Numbered from the stretch's first letter, positions 1-10,929 are shown. The stretch: 64,000 bases of DNA from an uncultured Clostridium sp. (GCA_964370265.1 CAYJIP010000002.1:52620-116619); one strand, 5' to 3'. Notes: a model not told the origin generated them from the sequence alone. A program made the numbers and translations.

Positions 1-2382
1 TGCTACTGTTATTATATATGTAATTCCATCTACTTTATATAAGTCTCCTGATATAGATAGCTCAGATAATCCTATTAGTATTGATGACATAAACATAATT
101 GCTGGAATCGCTGTTATTGTCGTAATAGCAATTATTTCTCCAATAAACATTTTATAAATATCTATTTTCTTCATACCTATTGCTCTTAATATTCCCACTT
201 CTTTAACTCTTGATAAGAATGATGCTCTTAACATTAAGAATATTTCAATAATTGATATTATAATTATAATTGTTGCTACTAATATATTTGAATTAATCGT
301 ATCTTGTACTTTACTTATATACATCATTTTTGAATTTTCTAAAATATCAACAACATTTATATTGTTTTCTTGAAAATAACTAACCGCTTCTGCCTTATCA
401 TTAGTATACAAGTTAATTTCAGTTGAATTATCTATTAATTTGTATAAAATAGTATTCTCAGTAGTATAATAGTTAGTTGTATTATATTGAGAAGAATAAT
501 ATCCCACTACTATCAATTCATTTCCATTTATAGTCTTATCAATAGTTTTATTTAGCTTAAATTCATCTTCTAAATTTTCATGAACAATAATTTCATAATC
601 CCATTCCGGCATACGACCTTCTTCTAAAACTATATCTTCTGTAATTTCATATATCCCTCTTAGATTATCTGAATTACTACTAGATTGACTGTACATCATT
701 CCATATACATTACTATCAAAAGTTTGACCTTCCATTGAATTATCTAATATTCTCGTAAACTGTGATGAATATGCATAAACACTCGGATTAGATAAATCAG
801 AAATTCCTACTATTACATATTCTAAATCATATCTAGTACTCCCTTCATTATATGGGTCTTTAAAAGATATACTTCTATCTAATAATGCAGATGCATTTTC
901 AAAACCTAAACTTGCTGTTGAACTATAATATGCACTAACCATTCTTTCATAAACCATATTATCAATAACTATTTCATTTTCCGCTTCTGGCATTCTTCCA
1001 TATACCAAATCATCTTTGGTAATGTCGTCTATATTACTAAGAGAAGCCGAAATATTATCATAAGCATCTGATGTTTGATAATAATCATTATATTGAATAA
1101 AGAATGAAATAAGAGAATTTTTAGGTAATATATAATCTATTGAATCTAGATTTAAATAATTCATATAGTTATCTACTGTTGTTTTACCAATAACTTTAAT
1201 GTAATTTGGATTTGTTTGAATATATTCTTCTTCCTTAATCTCAGATATTCCTCTTATATTACTTACAGCATATAGTACAAACATAGCTGAAAAAACAAAA
1301 CCTAATAACATAATTTTTTTAAGTATAGAATAATTTGATACAATCTTAAATCCATTCAATATTAAAGTAAAAGGATTATAAATACTTTTATACTTCATCT
1401 TATATTTAGGATTAATGATATTCTCATAATCAAATTTATATTCATTTTGTTCTTCTTTAGATATTTTCTTATATACATCATCTACTAATTCTATACTAGA
1501 GTTTTGATCAACTACTTCTACCCTATTATATTTAGATTCAATATATATATTCCCATTCTTAACAACTAATTTAATATCTATATCATCCTTATTATCAGAA
1601 TATACAGAAAGATTAATATTATCTTTATTAAATTTTTCTAAATTTTCTAGTTCTTTAAGATATATCTTGTTATCCATTCTATAATCTAATTCATCATTAT
1701 GTTCATTATTTCTATCATCCACAATTTTACCATCAACAACTTCAATAATTCTTGATGCATAAAACTCTGCAATATTTTTTTCATGTGTTACAAGAATAAC
1801 TAATTTATCTTTAGATATCGATTTTAATATATTCATTATCTCTAATGTATTCTTACTATCTAAATTACCAGTAGGTTCATCTGCAATAATTATTTTAGGG
1901 TTTTTAACCAATGCTCTTGCAATAGCTACTCTTTGTTTTTCTCCCCCTGATAACATATTAGCTTTTCTATGTCTATACTTGTATATGCCCAGTACATTTA
2001 AAATATAGTGTACTCTTTTTTCTATTTCCTTCTTATTTTTAACACCTGACATTCTTAATGCTATAGACACATTTTCAAAAACAGTTAAATGATTTAATAA
2101 ATTATAGTTTTGAAATATATAACCTATATTAAGGTTTCTTACCTTATCAATTGTTCCGCTTAATCTTTTATTAATTCTTTTACCATTTACGTATATCTTT
2201 CCGCTACTTAGTTTATCTAAACCACCTATAGCATTTAAGAGTGTAGTTTTTCCAGAACCTGAATTACCTAATATAGAAATCAAGCCTGTATCTCCGAACT
2301 CTAGAGATGTGTTATTTATTACATGATTACTATTTCTTTTGAATCTATTAAAATATTTATTTACTTTTACTAATTTAATCAT
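1..2382 (-). CDS. ABC transporter, fused ATP-binding domain + FtsX/MacB-like permease (C-terminus runs off the window start)
   Basis: Not in the ORF track (edge-truncated). My minus-strand translation from ATG 2382 (GGAGG 7 nt upstream) gives MIKLVKVNKYF..GNSGSGKTTLLN (Walker A), LSGGEKQRVAIARAL (signature) and IIIADEPTGNLD (Walker B), followed by a long extracytoplasmic region and TM segments. Same layout as the upstream gene. Confidence 0.8.
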   Translation of the reverse strand, partial: MIKLVKVNKYFNRFKRNSNHVINNTSLEFGDTGLISILGNSGSGKTTLLNAIGGLDKLSSGKIYVNGKRINKRLSGTIDKVRNLNIGYIFQNYNLLNHLTVFENVSIALRMSGVKNKKEIEKRVHYILNVLGIYKYRHRKANMLSGGEKQRVAIARALVKNPKIIIADEPTGNLDSKNTLEIMNILKSISKDKLVILVTHEKNIAEFYASRIIEVVDGKIVDDRNNEHNDELDYRMDNKIYLKELENLEKFNKDNINLSVYSDNKDDIDIKLVVKNGNIYIESKYNRVEVVDQNSSIELVDDVYKKISKEEQNEYKFDYENIINPKYKMKYKSIYNPFTLILNGFKIVSNYSILKKIMLLGFVFSAMFVLYAVSNIRGISEIKEEEYIQTNPNYIKVIGKTTVDNYMNYLNLDSIDYILPKNSLISFFIQYNDYYQTSDAYDNISASLSNIDDITKDDLVYGRMPEAENEIVIDNMVYERMVSAYYSSTASLGFENASALLDRSISFKDPYNEGSTRYDLEYVIVGISDLSNPSVYAYSSQFTRILDNSMEGQTFDSNVYGMMYSQSSSNSDNLRGIYEITEDIVLEEGRMPEWDYEIIVHENLEDEFKLNKTIDKTINGNELIVVGYYSSQYNTTNYYTTENTILYKLIDNSTEINLYTNDKAEAVSYFQENNINVVDILENSKMMYISKVQDTINSNILVATIIIIISIIEIFLMLRASFLSRVKEVGILRAIGMKKIDIYKMFIGEIIAITTITAIPAIMFMSSILIGLSELSISGDLYKVDGITYIITVA

Positions 2383-2384
2383 AA

Positions 2385-4700
2385 CTACACCTCCTCATTT
2401 CTATGTGTGCTCATTGCCGAATCTTTGAATAACTTTTTCGAATATCTGTTTGATATTAATAAAGATATAGCTATTAACATTAAATATACTAATATCATAT
2501 CTGAAATCTTCAAATACTCTGTATATGAGAAAATTGCTTCATTTATAATCGTTCCATTCATAACTAATATTAAATATGTTAAAATAACTCCATACGCTAA
2601 ATGCATGACTGTCAACAACTCTATATTTAAAAGCATTTTTGCATTTCGTTTAGTAGCACCTAATATTCTTATTGTTGCATAATACACATTTCTTGATTTT
2701 AATATAATTCGTATTACAAAATACGATATAAAGAAAACAACTATTGCTACAATTATCAATATTACTGTTGTTATTGCTCTCATTATTATAGTATATTCCA
2801 TACCACCATTAATCATAGTGTCAAATGGATAAATGTAATCATACCCCATTTTTGTAAGTGAATTTTTAGTTTCTTCTAATAACTCTGTGTCTTTAATATA
2901 TACACTACTTTGATAATTTCCTTTGTTAAATAATGAGTAATATTCTTGAGTATTAATATATATATTATTTACTGTTTCCGCTTCTCCTTGACCAGTATAT
3001 GCATATTTCTCATTCTCTTTTTGCAATTCATCTTCATAACTTAAATCAAGTAATCTAGTCATATTATATTTACTATACGCATTTGATATTGTTACATTCA
3101 AATTGCTTGTATAATACATATTTTCAAGTTTTATATCTATTGGGTATTTTAGAGCATTAGTATATCTTGTTAAATAATGCATTTCATATGGCACATATGC
3201 TTCTCCTGCTGGAACTTTATCACTAGGTATTATTGTAAACTGTCCTCCATTTTGATAGTTCAACTCATTAAAAGTAAATTCTACTGTACTCAAAGAATTA
3301 TTTATCATTTGCCTTATATCATCAGATATTGATTTTTGAACATAAAATTCTTGCATCCCATATTGTATATCATCATATTTAGCAATACCTACTATTTTAA
3401 CTTCAATATCACTACCATAAATCCCAATAGTATTCCCTGTACTTGCTGTCATTACTCTATTAGTTGTATCTAAAACTGATTCTGGTACATCTAAAATGTA
3501 GTCTCCCGAATATACCGATACAACTATTTCATTTTCATTTACAGGCATTCTTCCATATACTAATTCATCTTCTAATAATTCAATGTCTTTAATCACTCCA
3601 TAATATCCCATATATGAACCCAATAGTTGTATTTGAATGTCTGTTAATATGTCATTTTCTACAATATACTCTACATTCTCTAGTTCTTTAAGTTCATTAT
3701 AGTCTTCTTCTACTATTTCGCTATTATCTGATTTTTTTATAACCAATCTCTCTTCACTAGTATCTACAAAGAATCTACTATATCCTAATAAACTTTCTTC
3801 ATATAACTGTTTTTGATATGTAGTATATTCCCCCATAACAGTCATAACTAGAAATGAAAACACTATAAATAATAGGATAAACTTAATTTTTATATTAAAT
3901 GTATTTCTAAAACCTAATCTAAGTTTATTGATTATTCCTATATTTTTCTTTTTATTTTGTGCTTTTGGAATATCTGCTAACCCAAAATGAACTTCTGTTT
4001 GTTCTTCTATTCTTTCTTCTTTTCCTTTAAGTTTTTTATCTTCTATTATTTTACCATCATGCATAACTATCTTTCTTGTTGTATATTTTTCTATTTGCTC
4101 ATAATTATGGCTCACTATCAACACCAACTTATCCTTAGAAACCTTATAAAGCAATTCTAAGACATTTTTAGCTGACTCACTATCCAAATTACCAGTTGGC
4201 TCATCTGCTACGATTATAGGGGTTTCTTTTATTAATGCTCTTGCTATTGCAACCCTTTGTTTTTGACCTCCTGATAATTTTGCTACTTTTGTATTTCTAA
4301 ATTTCAAAAGATCTACTTGTTCTAATACTTTTAATATCTTTTTCTTTACTTTCCTTTTCTTATATCCATTAATCAAAAGTACTAATTCAACATTTTGATA
4401 TACAGTATAGCTATTCACTAAATTAAAATTTTGAAAAATATTACCTATATATTTTTTCCTATATTCTTCAAAATCTTTTTCTGTATAACCTGATGTTTCT
4501 TCTCCATTTAAATACATTTCACCTTCTTCATATGAATCTAGTCCTGAAATAACATTTAATAAAGTAGATTTACCACTTCCTGATTCACCAGTTATGGCTA
4601 CAAATTCGCCCATTTTTAATTTCAAATTAATCCTATTAAATCCACTTGCTACTGCATTTTTCGAATAATAGAATTTTGAAACATCTTTTAATTCTAACAT
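2385..4700 (-). CDS. ABC transporter, fused ATP-binding domain + FtsX/MacB-like permease
   Basis: 771-aa ORF with GESGSGKSTLLN (Walker A), LSGGQKQRVAIARAL and IIVADEPTGNLD. A TM follows at about aa 280 and C-terminal TM helices are present. Its stop lies 2 nt before the next ABC gene start. Confidence 0.9.
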   Translation of the reverse strand: MLELKDVSKFYYSKNAVASGFNRINLKLKMGEFVAITGESGSGKSTLLNVISGLDSYEEGEMYLNGEETSGYTEKDFEEYRKKYIGNIFQNFNLVNSYTVYQNVELVLLINGYKKRKVKKKILKVLEQVDLLKFRNTKVAKLSGGQKQRVAIARALIKETPIIVADEPTGNLDSESAKNVLELLYKVSKDKLVLIVSHNYEQIEKYTTRKIVMHDGKIIEDKKLKGKEERIEEQTEVHFGLADIPKAQNKKKNIGIINKLRLGFRNTFNIKIKFILLFIVFSFLVMTVMGEYTTYQKQLYEESLLGYSRFFVDTSEERLVIKKSDNSEIVEEDYNELKELENVEYIVENDILTDIQIQLLGSYMGYYGVIKDIELLEDELVYGRMPVNENEIVVSVYSGDYILDVPESVLDTTNRVMTASTGNTIGIYGSDIEVKIVGIAKYDDIQYGMQEFYVQKSISDDIRQMINNSLSTVEFTFNELNYQNGGQFTIIPSDKVPAGEAYVPYEMHYLTRYTNALKYPIDIKLENMYYTSNLNVTISNAYSKYNMTRLLDLSYEDELQKENEKYAYTGQGEAETVNNIYINTQEYYSLFNKGNYQSSVYIKDTELLEETKNSLTKMGYDYIYPFDTMINGGMEYTIIMRAITTVILIIVAIVVFFISYFVIRIILKSRNVYYATIRILGATKRNAKMLLNIELLTVMHLAYGVILTYLILVMNGTIINEAIFSYTEYLKISDMILVYLMLIAISLLISNRYSKKLFKDSAMSTHRNEEV

Positions 4701-4901
4701 ATTATTTACTCCCTTCTATTCAAGCATATTTTATCACAAGATTTTTTATTTGCATATTATTTTCATATTAATTATTTATTAATATTTTATTAATATTTAT
4801 AATTATTTATAAGTATTTTAAAACATTTATTTATTAATTTATTTATTACTTTATTTATTTATTAATTAGATATATATTTTAGATATATATTTAAGTATAC
4901 T

Positions 4902-4939
4902 AAAAAGCTTAACCTAATATATAAAAGGTTAAGCTTTTT
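4902..4939 (-). terminator. Rho-independent terminator hairpin
   Basis: aaaagcttaacc / ggttaagctttt 12-bp stem flanked by A/T runs, directly downstream of ORF 4944..5348. Confidence 0.7.
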
Positions 4940-4943
4940 AGTT

Positions 4944-5348
4944 TTATTTTTTGAATATTGACCAATAGATTTCTTCTTGATTTTTCCCCCAACATTTAGA
5001 AAAAATATATTTCCATAATTTTTCTATTAGTTTTTGAATATTTTCTTTTGGTTCATGTTCTTGATTTTCCGCTTCTTTAGTGTCACAATTTGAAATTTCA
5101 TAAATTAATGAAACTAAAAATTCAGCTGGAATGATTTTTTCTTTAATTTCTTCTTTGGTTTTAGATTTAAATGTATTAATTATATAATTTATACATTCAG
5201 TCTTATAATATTCTCGAGAATCAATTTGGTCTCCTGTGATTTCATACATTGCGTAAACCTTTTTATAGTTACAAGCAATATATAAATCACTTACAAATTT
5301 TTGTTCGTCATAACTTAGTTTTTTCTCTTTCATAATTTTCTCCTCCAT
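4944..5348 (-). CDS. hypothetical protein (134 aa)
   Basis: ORF with its own terminator. No motif recognised. Confidence 0.5.
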   Translation of the reverse strand: MEEKIMKEKKLSYDEQKFVSDLYIACNYKKVYAMYEITGDQIDSREYYKTECINYIINTFKSKTKEEIKEKIIPAEFLVSLIYEISNCDTKEAENQEHEPKENIQKLIEKLWKYIFSKCWGKNQEEIYWSIFKK

Positions 5349-5468
5349 GTAGTTACATTTCTTGTTGATTATTTAAAAATCTGATAAATGAGGATTTTAA
5401 ATAAATTTTACTTAGTTATTTTAACATAATTTTAAAATTTGAGCAAATATTAAAATTCAGTAAATATT

Positions 5469-5500
5469 AAAACCCCACTAAACTAGTGAGGTTTTATTTT
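5469..5500 (-). terminator. terminator hairpin
   Basis: aaccccacta / tagtgaggtt stem (1 mismatch) with flanking T/A runs, downstream of ORF 5560..7017. Confidence 0.6.
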
Positions 5501-5559
5501 ATATAATACTATTATAGGTTTTCAATATTAAATTTAATATTGAATATTTCTTTTTCATA

Positions 5560-7017
5560 TCATTCATCCTTTTCCGATGAATCAACTTGATATTTATACA
5601 CTTCTAAACTTCCATTAAGCAATGTATCTAACACTAATAATAAATCTTCTTTTAATTCAGCTAAAATACTATTATTAGATGTTATCCAAACATCATCTTT
5701 TTGACCTTTTTCTTTTGTTATCTTAAAAGAAAAAGATTCTGGTATGCTAAATCTAACTGTTTTACTTCCCAATTCAGAAGGAATAGCTTGTGCACACCAT
5801 TTACCATCTGGTAAATTACATATAGAAAACTTTATTCCTTTTGATTTTGAATTTTTAGATTTAAAAAATATCGGATGCCAATATACAAAACAAGGTACTT
5901 CCATAATTCCATCAACTGATTTTTCTATACCATCTTCAATTTGTGATATCAAATTATATTTAGAAATTGTATGATATAGTTTTCTTATAAATATAGCATT
6001 AACAATTTCTACAACTTCCATATTTTGCTCTTCATCATCAAAATATACTGAATATTTTACAATGTCCCAAATATCAAGTAAATTATGAGGTAACTTTTTA
6101 TATCTTTTAGCAGTTTCTTTTAAATCACATTGATTAAAATATGATGAAATATTTTCATCTACCTTCTCCTTATTTTCAAGACCATCTAAAAAGTTATCAG
6201 ATGCACATTCCCATATTTCTTCAAGTGATAATTCGTTTACATAATTTAGCTTTAGGTAATCCAAATCCACTGTTTCATTCAAAGTAATATTTCCTAACAT
6301 TATTTCTTTTCTAACTTCATCAATTTGCTCTTTTCCATAAAATACATTCATAGCTTCATGTTTTGTCATTATTTCGCCCACAAAACACGCTACAAGTGTT
6401 CTTTTTAAGAATTCAAGCTCTTTATCGATGTTTCTTTGCAAATTTGTACCATTTTGTGCATTATTGATATCATTAATAAAGTAATGCAATACAATTTTTA
6501 ATATCTTGGTTGCTGTTTCATATGCAGATTTAAATAAATCTTCTGGATATGCATCTTCATCAAAATTACAATTAAAATATCTAAAAAATTCTGTCAGCGT
6601 ATCTCTTTTAGCCATCGTTAAAAACTCTGATTCTGGTTCTTCAAATATTTTTTTTGCTGAAATGTTAGAATTCCAGTCTAATATTTGACAAAATTCTAAA
6701 TCGATTTGCTCGAATTTTTTTTGTACATTTACACAAGACATTTTATCTAAAATTTCATGACCAAACATTTTCCATATAGTACTAACTTCTGTGTAGTGTA
6801 CACCATTTTCACGAATATTGCTTTTCTCTGTTTCTTGAATTTGAAGAAGATTAATTTTCCCTTCTAAATCTTCTTCATCTGGTAGGATATATGTTTGATA
6901 AACTGTACAATTTTCCATTGCGAGATCTGCCATTGCTATTGCAAATATATTACTTGCTGTTATATGATTTTTCCGTGCGATGATTGTTGCCTCTTCAATT
7001 CTGTCTGTAATTTTCAT
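5560..7017 (-). CDS. hypothetical protein (about 485 aa); faint MYG1/UPF0160-like C-terminal resemblance only
   Basis: Long ORF. ATG at 7017 lies 8 nt after GGAGG; the track's TTG start at 7023 is less likely. No catalytic motif recognised. Confidence 0.6.
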   Translation of the reverse strand: MKITDRIEEATIIARKNHITASNIFAIAMADLAMENCTVYQTYILPDEEDLEGKINLLQIQETEKSNIRENGVHYTEVSTIWKMFGHEILDKMSCVNVQKKFEQIDLEFCQILDWNSNISAKKIFEEPESEFLTMAKRDTLTEFFRYFNCNFDEDAYPEDLFKSAYETATKILKIVLHYFINDINNAQNGTNLQRNIDKELEFLKRTLVACFVGEIMTKHEAMNVFYGKEQIDEVRKEIMLGNITLNETVDLDYLKLNYVNELSLEEIWECASDNFLDGLENKEKVDENISSYFNQCDLKETAKRYKKLPHNLLDIWDIVKYSVYFDDEEQNMEVVEIVNAIFIRKLYHTISKYNLISQIEDGIEKSVDGIMEVPCFVYWHPIFFKSKNSKSKGIKFSICNLPDGKWCAQAIPSELGSKTVRFSIPESFSFKITKEKGQKDDVWITSNNSILAELKEDLLLVLDTLLNGSLEVYKYQVDSSEKDE

Positions 7018-7241
7018 TACCAAGTCCTCCCTTTTCTTTTGTGTATAATATTATATAAATATTTTTTTATGCTTTATTTTATGCATAAAATATAAAATAT
7101 TTGTAACTATTTTATCACAATTAACATAATTTTACAAGTCTACTGTATTAATGTTGTAATTAATGTAAATTGCAATATAATGGATTTATTTCCAGTTAAT
7201 TTTTATTTAATTTTCACTTAATGTTATTTTTATCACTACAC

Positions 7242-7272
7242 AAAAAAGCAAGTATTTTAAAACTTGCTTTTC
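7242..7272 (-). terminator. terminator hairpin
   Basis: agcaagt / acttgct stem with A-run and T-run, downstream of the MATE gene. Confidence 0.6.
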
Positions 7273-7323
7273 TAATTTTTATTTACTTTTACCTTTATTT
7301 TTATATTTTATCCTTATTTCATT

Positions 7324-9336
7324 TCACTTAACATTTTTTATTACTTCACTAATAATATGTACAGCTTCTTTAATACCTATTTTTGAAACATCTATAACTA
7401 AATTATAGTTTTCAGAATCTGCCCACATCTTATCTGTATAGTACTCGTAATATTCTTTTCTTTTTGCATTTATTTCATTAATATTTTTCTCTATTTGATT
7501 TCTTGATTTAGATTTATCAGATTCTACTTTTTCATAACATCTGTCTATCATATAATCTATATCAGATGAGTAAATATATATTTTAAATGGATTCATTTCT
7601 TGTAATATGTAGTCGGAACATCTTCCTACGAATATCCCTCCATTTTGTTTTGATAATTTTAATATTAGTTCTCTATTTTGTTCAAATACATTCATACTTA
7701 AATCTTCATTAGGATTTGTAAAAGTATTTGCAAATGAGAAATTAAAACTTTTAGAATAATTAGTATCACTAAATTGTTTTAGCATTTCTTCCGATATTCC
7801 ATCTTCTACTAATATATTATTTAATATTTCTTTATCGTAATATGGCATATTTAATTCTTCTGATAATCTTTTAGCAATTTCTCTACCACCACTACCAAAC
7901 TGTCTGTTTACTGTTATTATCGTGTTTTTAGTATCTTTTATATTTTTATTATCTAAACTTTTTTCTTTTTTAATTTCACTATTATTTAAATCATTTTCTA
8001 TAATCTGTTCATCACTTTTACCATACATATATTTCTTTCTGTATTTAACAAAAAAGAATATTGATATAAATAACGCTATAAATTCTGCTATTGGTACTGC
8101 TACCCATACTCCTGTAATTCCGAAATATTTTGGAAGTACTAATATACAAATACTTATTAAACCTACTGTTCTAACAAAAGATATTATTGCTGATATTTTA
8201 CCATTTGAATATGCTGTAAACATTCCAGAGGCAAATACATTTATCCCTATAAATATGAACGAAATAGCGAAAATGCTTAATCCTTCTGTCGCTAAATTAT
8301 ATACATCTGTTCCTACTTCTGTAAAAATGCTTGCTAATGTATTTCTAAACAAGATAGATGCAACTAAACTTATTGCTGACATAATTAATATTATTTTAAT
8401 ACTATTTCTAAATATTTTCTGTAAATTTTCTTTTTGTTTTTGTCCATAAGAAAAACCTATTAAAGGTGCAATACCTATAGCATATCCCATAAATAGGGAA
8501 CTTAATAGGAATTGTATATATAGGATTACTGTTATTGCAGCAACACCTGAATTACCTACTAAAGTTAGCATTGCTTGATTAAATAAAAATGTAGTTACAG
8601 CTGTTGATAAATTTGTAACCATTTCTGACGAACCATTTATTGCCGCTTCTATTAGTGCTTTACCATCAAATTTTGGTTTTACAAAATGTAAAATTCTATT
8701 TTTTCTACCAAGCAAATATATTATCGATACTATAGATGGTATTAAATATGAGCAAGAAGCGGCTATGGCAGAACCTTGTATTCCTAATCCTACGATTTCT
8801 ATTAATACATATCCTAGTACAATTCTACTAACACCTCCAACAACCATTGATATTAAAAACAATGATGATTTTCTTACAGAAGCCATTATACTTAGGAAAA
8901 TAGTTTGTAATATCAATCCTGAGAAGAATATAGATATTGTTTTAACATAATCATATGCATATTGGTATGTTTCTTCATCAACACCTAATGCTCTGATAAT
9001 TGGATCTACAAATACTTGTACTAATATTGTAGCTATAATACCTAATACTATTCCTGTTAATACAAATAGAGTTAAATTTTCCTTTGCTTTTTGATTTTTA
9101 TTTTCTCCTAATAACTTTGAACATATAGCTGTACCTCCAGCACCTAACATTAATCCTATTGCTAATATGAAAGATGTTATTGGTAGTACTAAATTTATTG
9201 CTGATAATGCAGTTTCATTTATATAGTTTGATACAATTATACCATCTGCCATTACATAAATAGCTATAAATATCATTGTAGTCATGCTCGGTATTGTAAA
9301 TTTTAAAATATTTTTCATGTCATATTTTTTAATCAT
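7324..9336 (-). CDS. MATE-family efflux transporter fused to a C-terminal cytidylate-kinase-like (Cytidylate_kin2-type) domain
   Basis: The N-terminal ~450 aa are a polytopic MATE-like membrane domain. The C-terminal ~190 aa begin ITVNRQFGSGGREIAKRLSEELNMPYYDKEIL, the glycine-loop signature of the cytidylate-kinase-like family. Confidence 0.75.
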   Translation of the reverse strand: MIKKYDMKNILKFTIPSMTTMIFIAIYVMADGIIVSNYINETALSAINLVLPITSFILAIGLMLGAGGTAICSKLLGENKNQKAKENLTLFVLTGIVLGIIATILVQVFVDPIIRALGVDEETYQYAYDYVKTISIFFSGLILQTIFLSIMASVRKSSLFLISMVVGGVSRIVLGYVLIEIVGLGIQGSAIAASCSYLIPSIVSIIYLLGRKNRILHFVKPKFDGKALIEAAINGSSEMVTNLSTAVTTFLFNQAMLTLVGNSGVAAITVILYIQFLLSSLFMGYAIGIAPLIGFSYGQKQKENLQKIFRNSIKIILIMSAISLVASILFRNTLASIFTEVGTDVYNLATEGLSIFAISFIFIGINVFASGMFTAYSNGKISAIISFVRTVGLISICILVLPKYFGITGVWVAVPIAEFIALFISIFFFVKYRKKYMYGKSDEQIIENDLNNSEIKKEKSLDNKNIKDTKNTIITVNRQFGSGGREIAKRLSEELNMPYYDKEILNNILVEDGISEEMLKQFSDTNYSKSFNFSFANTFTNPNEDLSMNVFEQNRELILKLSKQNGGIFVGRCSDYILQEMNPFKIYIYSSDIDYMIDRCYEKVESDKSKSRNQIEKNINEINAKRKEYYEYYTDKMWADSENYNLVIDVSKIGIKEAVHIISEVIKNVK

Positions 9337-9532
9337 TTTATTTTCATATGAATATCTAATAAATTAAATATTCATATCCCCCCTTCTTTTATTTCTATTT
9401 TCAACTTTTATTTTTCCTTTACGAATTAAAAACAACTTTGTATAAGTTATATACAAAATTGTTTTAACTTTAATATTTTATCGATTTGTTTATATATATT
9501 TTCTTTTAATTTCTATTTTTATTTTTTATTTT

Positions 9533-10012
9533 TTATTTTTTTTGAAAAGCTTTAGGAAGATCTTCTTCTTTTAACTCTTCTTCATAATCAAAATCTTCTT
9601 CTATTGCATCTATATGTTTACTTATTTTTTTGCTTTTATTTTCAAATTTTTCATCTTCTATATTAGTTTGCTTTTTTCTTTTATATAATATTCTTCCTAA
9701 TATATTTCCTACTAACATTATTCCTGCATATATCCAAACATACATAATTATATCTGGTTCATGATAATATGTAACTGCTGGTATTAATATAACTGTTGAT
9801 AATGTAACATATATTATATTTATTCCATTGATAGCACCGTTTATTAATGCAATTAAAAAGAATAATGCCGGTATTACTGATAACAATAATAATCTTTGTA
9901 ATCCTAAATCTTTAACAAACATTGACACACCATAAAATATTGCTGTTGATATTATAAATGCTGGTAACATGCTTGCTACATATTTTAATACTTTAATAAA
10001 AATTTTATCCAC
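9533..10012 (-). CDS. hypothetical membrane protein with acidic/basic C-terminal tail
   Basis: 159-aa ORF with about 4 predicted TM helices. Confidence 0.5.
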   Translation of the reverse strand: MDKIFIKVLKYVASMLPAFIISTAIFYGVSMFVKDLGLQRLLLLSVIPALFFLIALINGAINGINIIYVTLSTVILIPAVTYYHEPDIIMYVWIYAGIMLVGNILGRILYKRKKQTNIEDEKFENKSKKISKHIDAIEEDFDYEEELKEEDLPKAFQKK

Positions 10013-10281
10013 TATAAAATCCCCCTAATTTTAATTTTATCTTTTTCTATTTTACTTTTTTATATTTTTTTATTTTTTGTCTTCTAATATTTTCTCTTAT
10101 ATTATTTACATCGCCATTATTAATATATTTATAGATTGTACAAGATATACATTAATGGCAATTATTCTTGTTATTTTTCTTATTATAGTTTTTTATTCTT
10201 GATTTATATACTTAATTTTATATAATTAAATTTATTTTTACATACACAAAACCTTAGAACTAGTCTAAGGTTTAAGGTTCA

Positions 10282-10929
10282 TTACATTTCTTCTGTGATA
10301 TTTTTAATTGCTTTTTTTCTTATACGTTGTATTGCATTATCTACAGATTTTACTGGTGAATCTAATTTTTCTGCAATGGCTGTGTAACTATCTCCTCTTA
10401 TGAATCTATCTAATACTTGTTTTTCAAATTTGCTTAAAGATTTATTTACCGCATTTTCTATTTCAACATAATGTTCATGTTTCATTATTGTTTCTAATGG
10501 ATCTTCTGCTGTTTTACTATCAAATGTATCTATTAATTCTGTTCCTTCTTCGTTGTTGTTATCATAAACTGAATTATTTAGCGACAATGATGAGTTCAGT
10601 GGAATATGTTTTTGTCTTGTTGAACTTTTTATCGCTGTTATCAATTGACGTTTTATACACATGTTAGCAAAACTTTTAAATGAATTTTGTTTGTCACCAT
10701 CAAAACATTTAATAGCTTTATATAGTCCAATCATTCCTTCTTGGAAAATATCTTCACGTTCTGCTCCAATCATAAAAAACTTACTTATCTTGTAATTAAC
10801 AGCAGGTCTATATTTTTCAATTAAATATGCTAATGCTTCCTCATCTCCACTTTTGATTAATTTTAATATATCTTCATCTGTGGATTTTGAATATTCATCT
10901 GCAACAAAATATATATTGTCTTTCTGCAT
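10282..10929 (-). CDS. sigH: RNA polymerase sporulation sigma factor SigH
   Basis: FQEGMIGLYKAIKCFDGDKQNSFKSFANMCIKRQLITAIKSSTRQKHIPLNSSLSLN matches the SigH signature region. ATG at 10929 lies 10 nt after GGAGG; the track start at 10974 is unlikely. Confidence 0.85.
   Translation of the reverse strand: MQKDNIYFVADEYSKSTDEDILKLIKSGDEEALAYLIEKYRPAVNYKISKFFMIGAEREDIFQEGMIGLYKAIKCFDGDKQNSFKSFANMCIKRQLITAIKSSTRQKHIPLNSSLSLNNSVYDNNNEEGTELIDTFDSKTAEDPLETIMKHEHYVEIENAVNKSLSKFEKQVLDRFIRGDSYTAIAEKLDSPVKSVDNAIQRIRKKAIKNITEEM

Noticed and set aside
7922-8449. 175-aa plus-strand ORF inside the MATE gene (and similar antisense ORFs throughout the track)
   Set aside because: It is antisense to a well-supported long ORF, with AT-rich composition and no SD. 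Treated as spurious.
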